DNA from: Mobula birostris
Taxonomy: Eukaryota
Assembly (NCBI RefSeq): GCF_030028105.1
Contig: NC_092395.1
Span: forward strand, 43,676,459 to 43,740,458
Direction of reading: 5' to 3'
DNA length: 64,000 bases
This document shows, piece by piece, positions 12,940 through 27,810 of the stretch. A model generated the notes under the pieces. The model was not told the DNA's origin, made no database searches, and worked only from the letters and a program-made list of their open reading frames with translations. The translations under genes and the position numbers were made by a program. Within the stretch, counting starts at the first letter, position 1. Every line of letters begins with the position of its first letter.

Positions 12940-14371
12940 CAATGAGAGTTATTGCTTTCACAATAACAGTCCATAACTAACTTCACTAAAAATACAGTCT
13001 TCTGGGTGTTGCTCTGTTTTTTTCAGGATAGTGCCTCTGGACCTATGGGTGGCATTCTGTTTGGCAGGTGTCTTGTCAATGATAACATTCTCGTTGTGCC
13101 TCTGGACCGGTGGAGTGACATCAGGTTTGGTCGGTGTTGTGTCAAAGACAACATTCTCGGTTGCCGGTGTCACATTGCTCTTGGTGACATGACCATCACT
13201 GAGAGGTACGTCCAGTGGCTGTAATGTGTCCATCTTGTTGGATGTAATTGACTCCAGTGCACCCTTTGGTTGAGCATCCAGTATCTGGCCCACATGATAT
13301 CTCCATGTCTGATCTCCAACCTCCACTATGTACATCAGTGGTCCAGTTCTTGTAGCTATCCTACCAGCTCTCCACTTGTCCTCTCAGTAATCACGTGCTC
13401 AGACTTCCTGTCCAAACTCAAGGCTCTTTGCTGATTCAATTGGCAACTGGTTGAACTGGTTATTCTGCACTTCCTTCTGTAGATCTGGTTTCAGGAAGTC
13501 TGTGCGAGGTCTCAGACTCCTGCTCATGAACAGCATTGCAAGTGTTTGATTTGTTGTCACATGACCAGAGTTCTGATACACAATAAAGAAATTGTCTGCC
13601 TCATGCTGTAGAGAAGTGTCCTCCTCGACCATCGCTTTAATGGACTTCTTGAAGGTTTGGATAACAGTTTCAGCTAACCCATTCATTGATGGGTGGTGAG
13701 GAGCTGACTTCAAATGTTTAATGCTATTTTTTCATCTTGAATTGCCTAAACTCTTCTGACATGTATTGTGGTCTGTTGTCACTCGCAATTTCTTCTGATA
13801 GGCCGTTTATGGTGAAGATAGTCGTCAGAGCAGAAACAGTCTTTTCTGAGGTGGTTGACTTCATTGGTATGACTTCAGGCCACTTCGTATGAGCATCCAC
13901 AGCAATCAGAAACATGAAATCCATGAATGGCCCAGCAATGTCAATACACACTCTTTACCATGGTGATGAGGGCCAGTCCCTTGTGTGTACAGTGCCTGTG
14001 GTGGCACATTTTGAACTTTATGGGATCCTGAATGGCTTTTGGCCAAGTCTTCACTCTGTTTATCTATTCCCAGCCACCACACGCACTTTCAGGCCAGACT
14101 CTTCATCTTGACTGTATCCAGGTGTCCTTCACGCAGATTCTCTAACAGTCTGGTGCGCAGTTTAGAGGCAACCACTACATGAGATCCACACATCAGCGTT
14201 CCTTGACATGTCGACAGTTGGTCTGGTCTCACTGAGAACTTTGGGAATGTCAGATTATCATGAGCTGGCCATCCTTGCATGGTGAGATCATGGACTTTTG
14301 ACAATGTTGGGTTTCTTGTTTCTCTTTGAATATTCAAATTTGTCACTGGAAATTGGTCCAATAATGCTGCT
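12940..14371 (-). mobile_element. Gypsy pol remnant (integrase zinc-binding and core domains)
   Basis: LLENLREGHLDTVKMKSLA, IDIAGPFMDFMFLIAVDAHTKWPEV, SDNRPQY and SAPHHPSMNGLAE motifs in fragmented ORFs 13399-14445. Confidence 0.85.
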
Positions 14372-17300
14372 ATAGACAATAGACAATAGGTGCAGGAGTA
14401 GGCCATTCGGCCCTTTAAGCCAGCACCGCCATTCACTGTGATCATAGCTGATCATCCACAATCAGTGTCCAGTTCCTGCCTTATCTCCATAACCTTTGAT
14501 TCTGCTATCTTTAAGAGCTCTGTCCATCTCTTTCTTGAAAGCATCCAGAGACTTGGCCTTCACAGCCTTCTGGGGCAGAGCATTCCATATATCCACCACT
14601 CTCTGGGTGAAAAAGTTTTTCCTCAACTTCATTCTAAATAGCCTACTCCTTATTCTTAAACTGTGGCCTCTGGTTCTGGACTCACCCATCAGCGGGAACG
14701 TGCTTCCTGTCTCCAGCGTGTCCAATCATAGAACATAGAATAGTACAGCACAGTACAGGGCCTTTGGCCCACAATGTTGTGCCGACCCTCAAACCCTGCC
14801 TCCCATATAAGCCCCCACCTTAGATTCCTCCATATACCTGTCTAGTTGTCACTTAAACTTCACTAGTGTATCTGCCTCCACCACTGACACAGGCAGTGCA
14901 TTTCACGCACGAACCACTCTCTGAGTAAAAAACCTTCCTCTAATATTCCCCTTGAACTTCCCACCCCTTACCTTAAGCCATGTCCTCTTGTATTGAGCAG
15001 TGGTGCCCTGGGGAAGAGGCACGGGCTATCCACTCTATCTATTCCTCTTATTATCTTGTACACCTCTATCATGTCTCCTCTCATCCTCCTTCTCTCCAAA
15101 GAGTAAAGCCCTAGCTCCCTTAATCTCTGATCATAATGCATACTTTCTAAACCAGGCAGCATCCTGGTAAATCTCCTCTGTACCCTTTCCAATACTGCCA
15201 CATCCTTCCTATAGTGAGGTGACCAGATCTGGACACAGTACTCCAAGTGTGGACTAACCAGAGTTTTATACAGCTGCATCATTACATCGCGACTCTTAAA
15301 CTCTATCCCTCGACTTATGAAAGCTAACACCCCATAAGCTTTCTTAACTACCCTATCCACCTGTGAGGCAACTTTCAGGGATCTGTGGACATGTACCCCG
15401 AGATCCCTCTGCTCCTCCACACTACCAAGTATCCTGCCATTTACTTTGTACTCTGCCTTGGAGTTTGTCCTTCCAAAGTGTACCACCTCACACTTCTCCG
15501 GGTTGAACTCCATCTGCCACTTCTCAGCCCACTTCTGCATCCCATCAATGTCTCTCTGCAATCTTTGACAATCCTCTACACTATCTACAACACCACCAAC
15601 CTTTGTGCCGTCTGCAAACTAGCCAACCCACCCTTCTACCCCCACATCCAGGTCGATAATAAAAATCACGAAAAGTGGAGGTCCCAGGACGGATCCTTGT
15701 GGGACACCAGTAGTCACAATCCTCCAATCTGAACATACTCCCTCCACCACCACCCTCTGCCTTCTGCAGGCAAGCCAATTCTGAATCCACCTGGCCAAAC
15801 TTCCCTGGATCCCATGCCCTCTAACTTTCTGAATAAGCCTACTGTGTGGAACCTTGTCAAATGCCTTACTAAAATCCATATAGATCACATCCAATGCACT
15901 ACCCTCATCTATATACCTGGTCACCTCCTCAAAGAACTCTATCAGGCTTGTTAGACACCATCTGCCCTTCACAAAGCCATGCTGACTGTCCCTGATCAGA
16001 CCATGATTCTCTAAATGCCTATAGGTCCTATCTTTAAGAATCTTTTCCAACAGCTTTCCCACCATAGACATAAGGCTCACTGGTCTATAATTACCCGGAC
16101 TATCCCTACTACCTTTTTTGAGCAAGGGAACAACATTCGCCTCCCTCCAATCCTCCGGTACCATTCCCGTGGACAACGAGGACATAAAGATCCTAGCCAG
16201 ATGCTCAGCAATCTCTTCTATCGCCTCGTGGAGCAGCCTGGGGAATATTCCGTCAGGCCCCGGGGACTTAACTGTCCTAATGTATTTTAACAACTCCAAC
16301 ACCTCCTCTCCCTTAATATCAACATGCTCCAGAACATCAACCTCACTCATATTGTCCTCACCATCATCAAGTTCCCTTTCATTGGTGAATACCGAAGAGA
16401 AGTATTCATTGAGGACCTCACTCACTTCCACAGCCTCCAGGCACATCTTCCCACCTTTATCTCTAATCGGTCCTACCTTCACTCCTGTCATCCTCTTTTT
16501 CTTCACATAATTGAAGAATGCCTTGAAGATTTCCTTTACCCTACTCGCCAAGGCCTTCTCATGCCCCCTTCTTGCTCTTCTCAGCCCCTTCTTAAGCTCC
16601 TTTCTTGCTTCCCTATATTCCTCAATAGACCCATCTGATCCCTGCTTCCTAAACCTCATATATGCAGCCTTCTTCCACCTGACTAGATTATCCACCTCAC
16701 TTGTCACCCATGGTTCCTTCACCCTACCATTCTTTATCTTCCTCACCAGGACAAATTTATCCCTTACATCCAGCAAGAGATCTCTAAACATCAAACACAT
16801 GTCCATAGTACATTTCCCTGCAAAAACATCATCCCAATTCACACCCGCAAGTTCTAGCCTTATAGCCTCATAATTTGCCTTTCCCCAATTAAAAATTTTC
16901 CAGTCCCCTTTCATTCTATCCTTTTCCATGATAATTATAAAGGCCAGGGAGCGGTGATCACTGTCCCCCAGATGCTCATCCACTGAGAAATCTGCGACCT
17001 GACCCAGTTCATTACCTAGTACTAGATCTAGTATGGCATTCCCCCTGATCGGCCTGTCCACATACTGTTACAGGAATCCATCCTGGACACACTTAACAAA
17101 CTCTGCCCCATCGAAACCCTTGGAACTAATCAGGTGCCAATCAATATTAGGGAAGTTAAAGTCACCCATGATAACAACCCTGTTATTTTTGCACCTTTCC
17201 AAAATCTGCCTCCCAATTTGTTCTTCTGTATCTCTGCTGCTACCAGGGGGCCTATAGAATACCCCCAGTAGAGTAACTGCTCCCTTCCTGTTCCTGACTT

Positions 17301-18911
17301 CCACCCATATTGACTCAAAAGAGGATCCTGCTACATTACCCACCCTTTCTATAGCTGTAATAGTATCCTTGACCAGTAATGCCACCCCTCCTCCCCTTTT
17401 TCCACCCTCTCTAACCCTTTTAAAGCACTGAAATCCAGGAATATTGAGAATCCATTCCTGCCCTGGTGTCAGCCAAGTCTCTGTAATGGCCACTACATCA
17501 TAATCCCATGTATGTATCCAAGCTCTCAGTTCATCACCTTTGCTCCTGATGCTTCTTGCATTGAGATACACACATTTCAGCCCTTCTACCCTACTGTCTT
17601 TACACCGTTTATTCTGCTTCTCCTTCCTCAAAGCCTCTCTGTATGTTAGATCTGGCTTTACTCCATGCACTTCTTTCACTGCTCTATCGGTCTGGCTTGC
17701 ACCCCCCTCGCAAATTAGTTTAAACCCTCCCGAACCATGCTAGCAAACCTACCTGCAAGGATATTGCTCCCCCTCGGGTTCAGGTGCAAACCATCCAATC
17801 TGTACAGGTCCCACTTTCCCCAGAAGAGATCCCAATGATCTAAAAATCTAAAACCCTGCTCCCTGCACCAACTCCTCAGCCACACATTCAACTGCCATCT
17901 CCTCCAATTCTTACCATCTCTGTCATGTAGCACTGGCAGCAATCCTGAGAACGTCACCCTTGAGGACCTGTTCTTCAGCCTTCCGCCTAGTTCCCAAAAC
18001 TCACACTTCAGGACGTCATCCCACTTCCTGCCTATTTTGTTGGTACCAACATGTATCACGACTTCTGGTTGCTTTCCCTCTCGTACCAGGATATCGTGCA
18101 CCCAGTCAGAGACATCCTAGACCCTGGCACCTGGGAGGCAACAAACCATGCGGGTGTCCTTCTCACGTCCACAAAATCTCCTGTCTGTTCCCCTGAATAT
18201 AGAGTCTCCAATGACGACAGCTCTCCTCTTCTCCGTCCCACCCTTCTGCACCACAGGGTCAGATTCAGTGCCGGAGGCCCTGCCACCGTGGCTCACACCT
18301 GGTCGGTCGTCCCTGCCAACAGTATCCAGGACGGTAAACTTATTATTCAGGGGAATAGCTGCAGGGGTGCTCTGCACTACCTGTCTGCTCACCTTCGCTT
18401 TCACCCCTCTGACTGTCACCCAATGACCTGCTTCCAACAGCCTAGGTGTGACTACCTCCCTGTAGCTCTCATTTATGACTGCCTCATTCTCCCTTATGAG
18501 TCAAAGGTCAACCAGCTGCTGCTCCAGATTCCTTACACGGTCTTCCAGATCGCCCAGTCATATGCACTTCTTGCAGATAATCCCTTAATAATCTTTTATG
18601 CTTCAATAAAATCTCCTCTCCACTTTCTAAATTCCAGAATATACAAGCCCAGTCGCTCCAATTTTTTGACATATGACAGTCCGCCATCCTGGGAATTAAC
18701 CCTGTGTACCTACGCTGCATTCCCTCAATAGCAAGAATGTCCTTCCATAAATTTGGAGACCAAATCTGCACACAGTACTCCAGGTATGGTCTCACCAGGG
18801 CCCTGTACAGCTGCAGAAGGACCTCTTTGCTCTTATACTCAATCCCCCTTGTTATGAAGGCCAGCATACCATTAGCTTTCTTCACTGCCTGCTGTACTTG
18901 CATGCTTGCTT
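14372..18911 (-). mobile_element. 5'-truncated CR1 family A (tail ATAGACA repeats), split into 14372-14727 and 18579-18911 by a family B insertion
   Basis: The two parts join as gtgtccaatc|ccttaataatc, matching the uninterrupted copy at ~32570-32590. AATC is duplicated at 14724-14727 and 18579-18582. Confidence 0.85.
14728..18578 (-). mobile_element. CR1 family B LINE, near full length (ORF1 SGNH esterase, ORF2 APE-RT), frameshifted
   Basis: ORFs 18117-18437 and 17715-18101 (VIGDSI, VIHVGTN). ORFs 17068-17679, 15619-17061 and 14968-15561 ([28 protein letters not shown]). Tail of ATAGAAC repeats. Confidence 0.95.
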
Positions 18912-19139
18912 GTTTGGATGATTACTCGTGCAGATAATTTAACATCACTGAGCAACAAAACATGACTGTCAAGCTCCAAACAAATGAACACAAACATAAT
19001 ATAAGGAGAATTCAGTGCAAGTGGTAACATTTGAAATAATCGGTTCTGATAGAAAAGCAAAAGAGGGGACTGCAGTGCCTAGACTTAGTTCCTTGCCACA
19101 GAATGATATTGCAGTGGCTTCCAGGGGAAAGGATGTGTA

Positions 19140-22100
19140 ACTCAGAAAAAAATATATCAGTGTCTGACCACCGTAATTAATTTCTTTCACCAGAAATGCT
19201 GTTGATGATAACAGATATTATTATCATTTAAGGGCAGTGTGGAAGTATGTGGCAAAGACTGATAAGTTCAATATCTGGTGAATGGAAACACCCATGGGAG
19301 AAAGATGCCATTGGGTCCAGCTAATTGAAAAGTATCAAATGGAGGGGATGAGCTATCCTGAATAAATAAGTTTCATAGAGTTCTACTGCACAGTACCAGC
19401 CTCCTTGCCCCAATTAATCCATATTGACTGGTCTCTCCATTCCAGTTAGTCCCATTTGACAGTGTTTGGCCCCTAAAATTCTGAACACTTCCAAACCATG
19501 TACCTGTCCAACTGTCTTTTAAAAGTTGTTCTTGTACATGTCTCAACCCCTTCTTCTGTTAGCTCATGTCACACAGATGCCACAGTTTGTGAGTAAAACA
19601 GGTCATTTACCTGGCAGTAGGCCTCAAACTCTTCCACCTCCAGTCCGTAGGCTGTCTCAGCATCGTTGGTGATGAGCCTCAGCAATGTTGTGCGAGGTGT
19701 TCCCTCTCACTTTAAACTTGTATATTCTTGTTCTTAATTCCCCATCCTTGGAAAAAAAGCTGAGTACATTCACCCTTCATGATCATGTACACCTCTATAT
19801 AATCACCTCTCAGTTCTACCCTGACTAATCTATGCCTATAACACAGAGTCTCAAGATCTCACAACCTGTATATCTTTTCTGCAGTCTTTACTGTTTAATA
19901 ATATCTTTCCTATAGCAGTGCAGCCAAAATTTTGCACAATACTCCAAGTACGACCACAGTGGCATCCTCTACAAACACAACATGGCCTCTCAACTTTTAT
20001 ATTCAGTGCCCTGACTCATGAAGTTCATAATTCCAAAAACCTTCTTTCCCATCTTGTCTCCCTGTGACACCACTTTCAAACCTTGTACTTTCACTCCAAC
20101 GTTCCTCTGTTCACCAGCACTCCCCATTCATGTGAAATTCCTACCTAGATTTGATCTCGAAAATGTAATGTCTTGCACTTATCCAAATTAAACTCCATTT
20201 GACATCCGTCATCCCAGCTGATCAAGCTGCCCCTGTAATTTTGATTGATCTTCTTCATTGTCTACTATTCCACCTGTTTTACTGTCAACTGCAAACTTAT
20301 TAATCATGTCTTGTATGTACTTATTCAAATTGTTGACATAGATGACAAACAACAATGGGCCCTGCAGCATCACCCGAGTCACACCATTAATCATGGGCAA
20401 CCAGACTGAGAAACTATCCTCCACTTTGTTTGCACTTCCCCTTTTTCCCATCAAGCCAATTGTGTCTCCAGTTAGCCAGCTCTTACTGGATTCCACGTGA
20501 AATATCCTTCCAAAACAGCCTAATAAGTGGAACGTTAAAGACTTACTGAAGTTCATGTAAATGACATCATGGCTTTGCCCTCACTGACATTCTTTATTGC
20601 ATCATCAAAAATTCTCAGTAAAATTCATAAGACATGATTTCCCATGCACAAAGCCATGCTGATGTCTCTAACCAACCCCTGCATTTCAAGGTGTAGGGAT
20701 ATTTTATCCCGTAGAATCTTCTCCAGTCATTTACCTGCCCCAGATGTAAGACTTACTGGTGTATAAATCCCAGTATTCCTTGCCACTCTTCTTAAATATA
20801 TGCACAACATTTGCTACCATCCAGTCTATTTACTAGCACTTCTCCATGGCTAACAATGAAGCAAATATCTGAACAATGGTTTCTAATTTCTTCAGTAGCC
20901 GCCCACAGTGATCTTGGATGTAGCTGGTCAGGTTCTGTGGATCTGTGTACCTCTGTACATTTTTAAAAATCTGGCAAAGATGGATCCAGAAAACAAGAGA
21001 AGCTGAATCATTGAGTAGATTCAGGGCTGAGTCTGGACAGATCTTTAATGTAAACCGAGTCTGGGATTATATCAAGAACTCATGTAACCATGACTCATAA
21101 TAATGTTGAAGGAACAGCTGCACACTGAATAAAAAAATCTGATAGCACTGGAAGTGTAGGCAACTAGGGTTCAGTTGCTGATGCTGCCTGTTTGGAGTTT
21201 GCACATTCTCCCTGTGACTGCCTGGGTTTCCTCTGGGTGCTTCTCCCTCCACCCATAGTCCAAAGATGTATCAGTTGGTAGGTTATTTGGTTATTGTATA
21301 TTGTCCCATGTGTCCACTAATGTTAAATTGCTGGGCAGCTGTGTGACTTGGCTCGAAGGGCCGGAAGGGCTACTCCACGCTGTATCTCAATAGATAAATA
21401 AATCATGGGATACCGTAGTGTGAGCACACCTCTCTATCATAAAGGTGGCAGTGCATTTCTCAGGAGACAGAGCTCCTGGAAGCAAACCCACCCAGCCAAA
21501 CTTCTTTACTATTAGCGATGAGGGACGTGATGTCAGTACTGGCCATTCCTGTGGAGAATTCACATTCAATCTCATGATCCTGGCACCAAACTCTTAATGC
21601 TCCCACTCTACCTCATCTGTACTGACCACATTACAATTCACACAAGTATCTGTGGAAATATGGATGGGTAAAGTTATTAAATTACTTACTTTGGCGAGCA
21701 AACCTGCCATCTAAGTCTTGCTTTAGATTTTAGCAAGCCAAGACCAGAAAAGTGAGGAATATGCTTGATTTGAAATTGACAAACTCATGAATTGTGTGTG
21801 TATTTGAATAAACACGGATTTAATGAAGGAAGATTGTAATTATCCTGTGTATGACAATGGTAAATATGGATCATTATACAGTTATCCCATTCTCAGTTTT
21901 GTTTGTTGCACATCAAACAAATTTTCAGCAGTTCAGTGGCCAGAATGGGTCAAAATTCAATGCTCTGAAATAGTTCACTCATTCTACGGTAGTTTCTGGA
22001 CGTTGATGAAACTTTGGATCAACATCGTTCAATGAAAGAATCCTACCCTTGCATTTGGGAAAAGGAAATTGTCACTGAAAAGAGTCAGTGAATATCCCCA

Positions 22101-23850
22101 TTTTACATATCTGCCCAAAGTTAAACCACACAGCTTTATTCTTCATGTGCTCCGATTTTCCCTCTTTCTCTGAGTGGTTCAGAAGAATCAGTCTCACTGA
22201 CCCAGTGACCACTCTTCTCATGGGAATCTGGACAGTGATTGTGGGCAGACAAGTGCAATGAACCCATCTGGCCTGGTGCTGCCCTCCTCAAACAGCCAGC
22301 AATCAGGGCCACTGACAGTGGCTGAGGCTGAACTTGTAATCCCAAGAAGGGACATTGGTTGTAGTTACTGAACTCTCCAGGGAAGATCAATTGATCTATT
22401 CTGGAACAGGTAGCATGATGTGAATCTTGTTGGCTGTTGCATCTCAATCAATGATTAAGGAGAAGAAGTAGAGTCAAGCCTGCTCTGCCATTCAATAACT
22501 TTATGACTGATCTTAATCTAAACTTTATGTTCCATTACTGTATGTTTCAGGTAAACAGCCCCTGAGAACAAGAGTTTGGAAGGTTTATGGCCCTCTGAGA
22601 GAGAAATGAACCTACCTTCACACCTATCCTAGTGGACAAAACCTGATTTTTAAACACTAGTGTTTTATTGTAGATTGCCTGTAAGAGGAAACATCTTGTC
22701 CATAGGCCCCCTGCCAAGATCCCTCAGGAGCTGATGATCCAATCAATTAACCTCTTAATCTTTAAAACTCCAGTGAATACAGGCCTCACCTTCCCTCACA
22801 AGATTATCTACACACCAGAGTAATGAATCTTGTAAAAAGGAAGAAAAGAGAGAGGAAGCAAAATTATTGGAGAAGAATCTTAGGCATTGGACTTAGTTGT
22901 ATTTGGAAAAGCATGGGCTTATTAGTGATAGTCAGAAGGGCCTTGTGGAGGGCAGATTGTGCCTTACAGAATAGACTGAGTTCTTTGGGGAGGTGACAAA
23001 GACAATTGATGAGGTTTTTGAAGTTGTTCACATAAATTTTAGGAAGGTTTTTTCAAGTTCCTTCAGGGTAGTTTGATGCAGTAGATTAATTCACTTGGGA
23101 TCCATGATGACTTTAAAATTGGTTGGCTGTAGAAGACAGAGGATAGTAGTGGAAGGGTAATGTCCAGATTGGAGGACTATTTCCAGTTGTGTTCCATAGG
23201 AATCAGGGTTGGCACCTCTGTTGTTTACAATGTACAGAAAATGACTTGGATGAAAATACAGAATGGCTGATTGGTAGGCTTGCAGATGGCAAAAGGAATG
23301 CAAAGAGTGTTTGCAGTATGCCGGATGTGATCTCATCAGTGCTCCTTTGAGCAGAAAAAGTTCAGATAACCTACTTGGACCTGATAGACCAATCACCTGA
23401 ACTAGATGGACTATACCCCATGATTCTGAAAGAGGTCGCTTAAAGATTGTGGAGACATTTGTAGTCATCTTTCAGGAATCATTATGGAATGGTTTTGGAG
23501 GATGTGATAACTGCAAATGTCACTCCACTCTTTAAGAAGAGAAGGATGTAAAAGGCAGGAAATTGGAAGCCGTTAGTCTGAATTCGGTGGCTGGCAAGGA
23601 GTTAGATTCCATTCTTCAGCGTGAGGCTTTGGGGTACTTGGAGACACATAATAAACTAGGCGAAAATCAGCATGGTTTCCTGAAAAGAAAATCTTGCCGG
23701 AAAATTCTGGAGGAATTCTTTGAGGATGTAACAGGTATGATCGACAAAGGAGAGTCAGTGTATGTTTTTACTTGGATTTTCAGAGGGCTTTGACAAGGTG
23801 CCACACATGAGGTGACTGGAATAAGCTGCCAGGCGTAGTGGAGGATAGTC
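19140..23850 (+). repeat. Segmental duplicate, copy A
   Basis: Collinear similarity to 44400-50880 and 54960-57800. The 21-mer cctcaccttccctcacaagat is identical at 22784, 49962 and 56793. Confidence 0.75.
21140..21400 (+). mobile_element. HE1-like V-SINE (tRNA-derived), degenerate
   Basis: B-box-like gggttcagtt, V-domain ggagtttgcacattctccctgtgactgcctgggtttcc, and a CR1-like tail ending (taaa)n. Confidence 0.7.
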
Positions 23851-26800
23851 ACATTTAAGAGACTTTTAGACGGACATGAAAATGCAAGGAGTGGAGAGAT
23901 AGAAACACAGAAACATAGAAAACCTACAGCATAATACAGGCCCTTCAGCCCACAATGCTGTGCCGAACATGCCCTTACCTTAGATGTTATCGAGGGTTAC
24001 ACATACCCCTCTATTTTTCTAAGCTCCATGTACCTATCCAGGAGTCTCTTAAAAGACCTCATTGTATCCACCTCCACCACTGTCCCCAGCAGCCTATTCC
24101 ATGCACTCACCACTCTCTGCGTAAAAAAATTACCCCTGACTTCCCCTCTGTATCTACTTCCAAGCACCTTAAAACTGTGCCCTCTTGCGTGAGCCATTTC
24201 AGCCCTGGGAAAAAGCCTCTGACTATCCACACCATCAATGCCGCTCATCCTCCTATACACCTCCATCAGGTCACCACACATTCTCCATCACTGCAAGGAG
24301 AGAAGGCCAAGTTCACTCAACCTATTCTCAGAAGGCATGCTCCCCAATCCAGGCAACATCCTTGTAAATCTGCTCTGCACCCTTTCTAAAGTTTCCACAT
24401 CCTTCCTGTAGTGAGGTTACCAGAACAGAGCACAGTACTCCAAGTGGAATGTGACCAGGGTCTTACATAGCTGTAACATTACCTACCAGCTCTTGAACTC
24501 AATCCCACAATTGGTGAAGGCCAATGCACCGTATGCCTTCTTAACCACAGAGTCAACCTGCGCAGCAGCTTTGAATATCCTATGGACACAGACCCCAAGA
24601 TCCTTCTGATCCTCCACATTGCCAAGAGTCTTACCATTAATTCTATATTCTACCCATCATCGTTGACCCACCAATATCCCACTTCACACTAACCTGGGTA
24701 GAACTCCATCTGCTACTTCTCAGCCCAGTTTTGCATCCTATCGATGTCCCACTCTAACCTCTGACAGCCCTCCACACTATCCACAACACCCCAAACTTTT
24801 GTGTCATCAGCAAATTTACGAACCCATCCCTCCACTTCCTCATCCAGGTCATTTATAAAAATCACAAAAAGAAGGGGTCCAAGAGCAGATCCTTGAGGCA
24901 CACCATTGGTCACTGACCTCCATGCAGAAAATGACCCGTCTATAACCACTCCTTGTGTTCTGTGGGCAAACCAGTTCTGGATCCACAAAGCAAGGTCCCC
25001 TTGGATCCCACGCCTCCTTCCTTTCTCAATAAGCCTTGTATGGGGTACCTTATCAAATGCCTTGCTGAGATCCATATACACAACACCTGCAGCTCTACCC
25101 TTATCAATGTGTTTAGTCACACCCTCAAAAAATTCAGTCATGCTCGTAAGGCACAAGTTGCCTTTGACAAAGCCATGCTGACTATTCCTAATCATATTTT
25201 TCCTCTTCAAATGTTCATAAATCCTGCCTCTCAGGATCTTCTCCATCAACTTACCAACCACTAAAGTAAGACTCACTAGTCTATAATTTCTTGGGCTATC
25301 TCTACTCACTTTCTTGAATAAGGGAACAACATCTGCAACCCTCCAATCCTCTGGAACCTCACCCATCCCCGCTGATGATGCAAAGATCTTTGCCAGAGGC
25401 TCAACAATCTCCTCCCTTGCCTCCCACAGTAGCCTGGAGTACATCTTGTTCGGTCCCGATGACTTATCAAACTTGATGCTTTCCAAACACTCCGGCAAAT
25501 CCTCTTTCTTAATGTCTATATGCTGAAGCTTTTCAGTCTTCTGTAAGTCATTCCTACAATTGGCAATGTCCTATTTCATGATGAATGCTGAAGCAAAGTA
25601 TTCAATAAGAACCTCCACTCTCTCCTCCGGTTCCATACACTGTTTTCCACTGTCACACTGTATTGGTCCTGTTCTCTCACGCCTTATGCTCCTGCTCTTC
25701 AGATACTTGCAGAATGCCTTGGGGTTTTCCTTAATCCTGATTGCTAAGGCCTTCTCATGGCCTCTTCTTGCTCGCCACATTTCATTCTTAAGCTCCTTCC
25801 TTCTTGCCTTTTAATTTTCTAGATTTCTATCATTACCTAGTTTTTTGACTCTTTCGTATGCTTTTCTTTTCTTCTTGACTAGATTTTCAACAGCCTTTGT
25901 ATACCATGGTTACTGTGCCCTACCATCCTTTCCCTGTCTCATTGGAGCACCACGCAAATATCCCCTGAACATTTGTCACATTCCTGCCTTACATTTCTCT
26001 TAGAACATCTGTTCCCAATTTATGTTTCCAAGTTCCTGCCTGATAGTTTCATATTTTCCCTTACTCCAATTAAACACTTTCCTAACTTGTCTGTTCCTAT
26101 CCCTCTCCAATGCTATAGTAAAGGAAATAGAATTGTGATCACTGTCTTCAAAATGCTCTCCCACTGGGAGACCTAACACCTGACCAGGATCATTTCCCAA
26201 TACCAGATCAAGTACAGCCTCTCCCCTTGTAGGCTTATCTACATATTGTGTCAGGAAACCTTCCTGAACACACCTAACAATCTCCACTCCATCTAAACCC
26301 CTTGCTCTAGGAACATGCCATTCGATATTTGGGAAATTAAAATCTCCCACCACAACAGCCCTGTTATTATTGCTCCTTTCCAGAAGCTGTCTCTCTATCT
26401 GCTCCTCGATGTCCCTGTTTCTATTGGGTGGTCTATAAAAAACACCCAGTAAAATTATTGACCCCTTCGTGTCCCTGACATCCACCCACAGAGACTCAGT
26501 AGACTATCCCTCCATGACTTCCTCCTTTTCTGCAGCCATGACACTATGTCTGATCAGCGGTGACATGCCCGACCTCTTTTGTCTCCCTCCCTGTTCTTTC
26601 TAAAGCACCTAAAGCCTGGCACTCCAAGTAGCCATTCCTGCCACTGAGTCATCCAAGTCTCTGTAATGGCCACATCATAGCTCCAAGTACTCATCCACCC
26701 TCTAAGCTCATCTGCTTTGTTCACGATGCTCCTTGAATTAAAATAGACCCATCTCAAACCATCAGTCTGAGCGTATCCTTTCTCTATCACCTGCCTATCC

Positions 26801-27810
26801 TCCATCTCACACTATCTACAAGCTTTCTCTGTTTGTGACTCATCTCCTCCTTCCTCCATTCTTCAGTTTGGTTCCCACCCTCCAGCAATTCACATTTAAA
26901 TTCTCCTCAATAGCCAGGGCTGGATTTAGTGGGGCCAGGGCCCCTGCTGGCACCGTAAAATGCTGCTGTACCAAGCGAAAAAAGTCAAGAACAAGATCAA
27001 AGTTCGTACTGGTCTAAATATCAAAGCTGTGGACCAAGATATTGGTTTAGTACAATACGTAGGCTATAAACTTACAGGCCTTAAGAGGGAGGACAGAAAG
27101 TAATGCAGATTGTTAGTTTGAAGGACAACATCTAAAGCACTCAAAAATTAACCTAGGCTTAGTTGGCTTAGTAAAGTTATAAGGGAGATGAAGTATGATG
27201 TACCCAATCTTAAATCTTTAGTTAGCTATTGCTGCACATACCATAGGCCTTATTTTTCAAACAATGCCAAAGCATTTTTATCTAGGTATTTTTTTCAACC
27301 GTGTGTTCTGAGAAAGTAAAATGGAAATGAGAGACAAAAAGGCCAAGAGAGATGGCACTATGGCAAACTAGGAAACTTGACAATACTCCAACAATCTTTT
27401 TCAAAAATGAGATCTAGCACAAACTAACCTATTGCTGTGCTGTGTGGCTTGCAGAGTAAAAACCACTTATTACTTACTAGGTTTGTAAACAGTCAACTAT
27501 TAGTCTATTGCCACAAAAACAGGAACAGCACTGACACACAAGCCTAAATATTTCCAAAGTCAGATGCTTGTTTTTCAAAATTAAAGCTCAATTCTTCTGG
27601 ATTTCCTCACAGTAAAGTCCTTGAACAGATTACTAAAATCCAGTTTCCAAACAAGATCACTCTCAAGTGACATCAGAGTAAGATGATTCAGCTTGTCCTG
27701 TCCCATTGTGGATCTGAGCTTATTTTTCACAAGCTTGAACTTGGAGAAAGGTTGCTCACCCCTTGCGTTTGTGACAGGGAGAATCAGGTAAAGCCTCAAA
27801 GCAATGCTTA

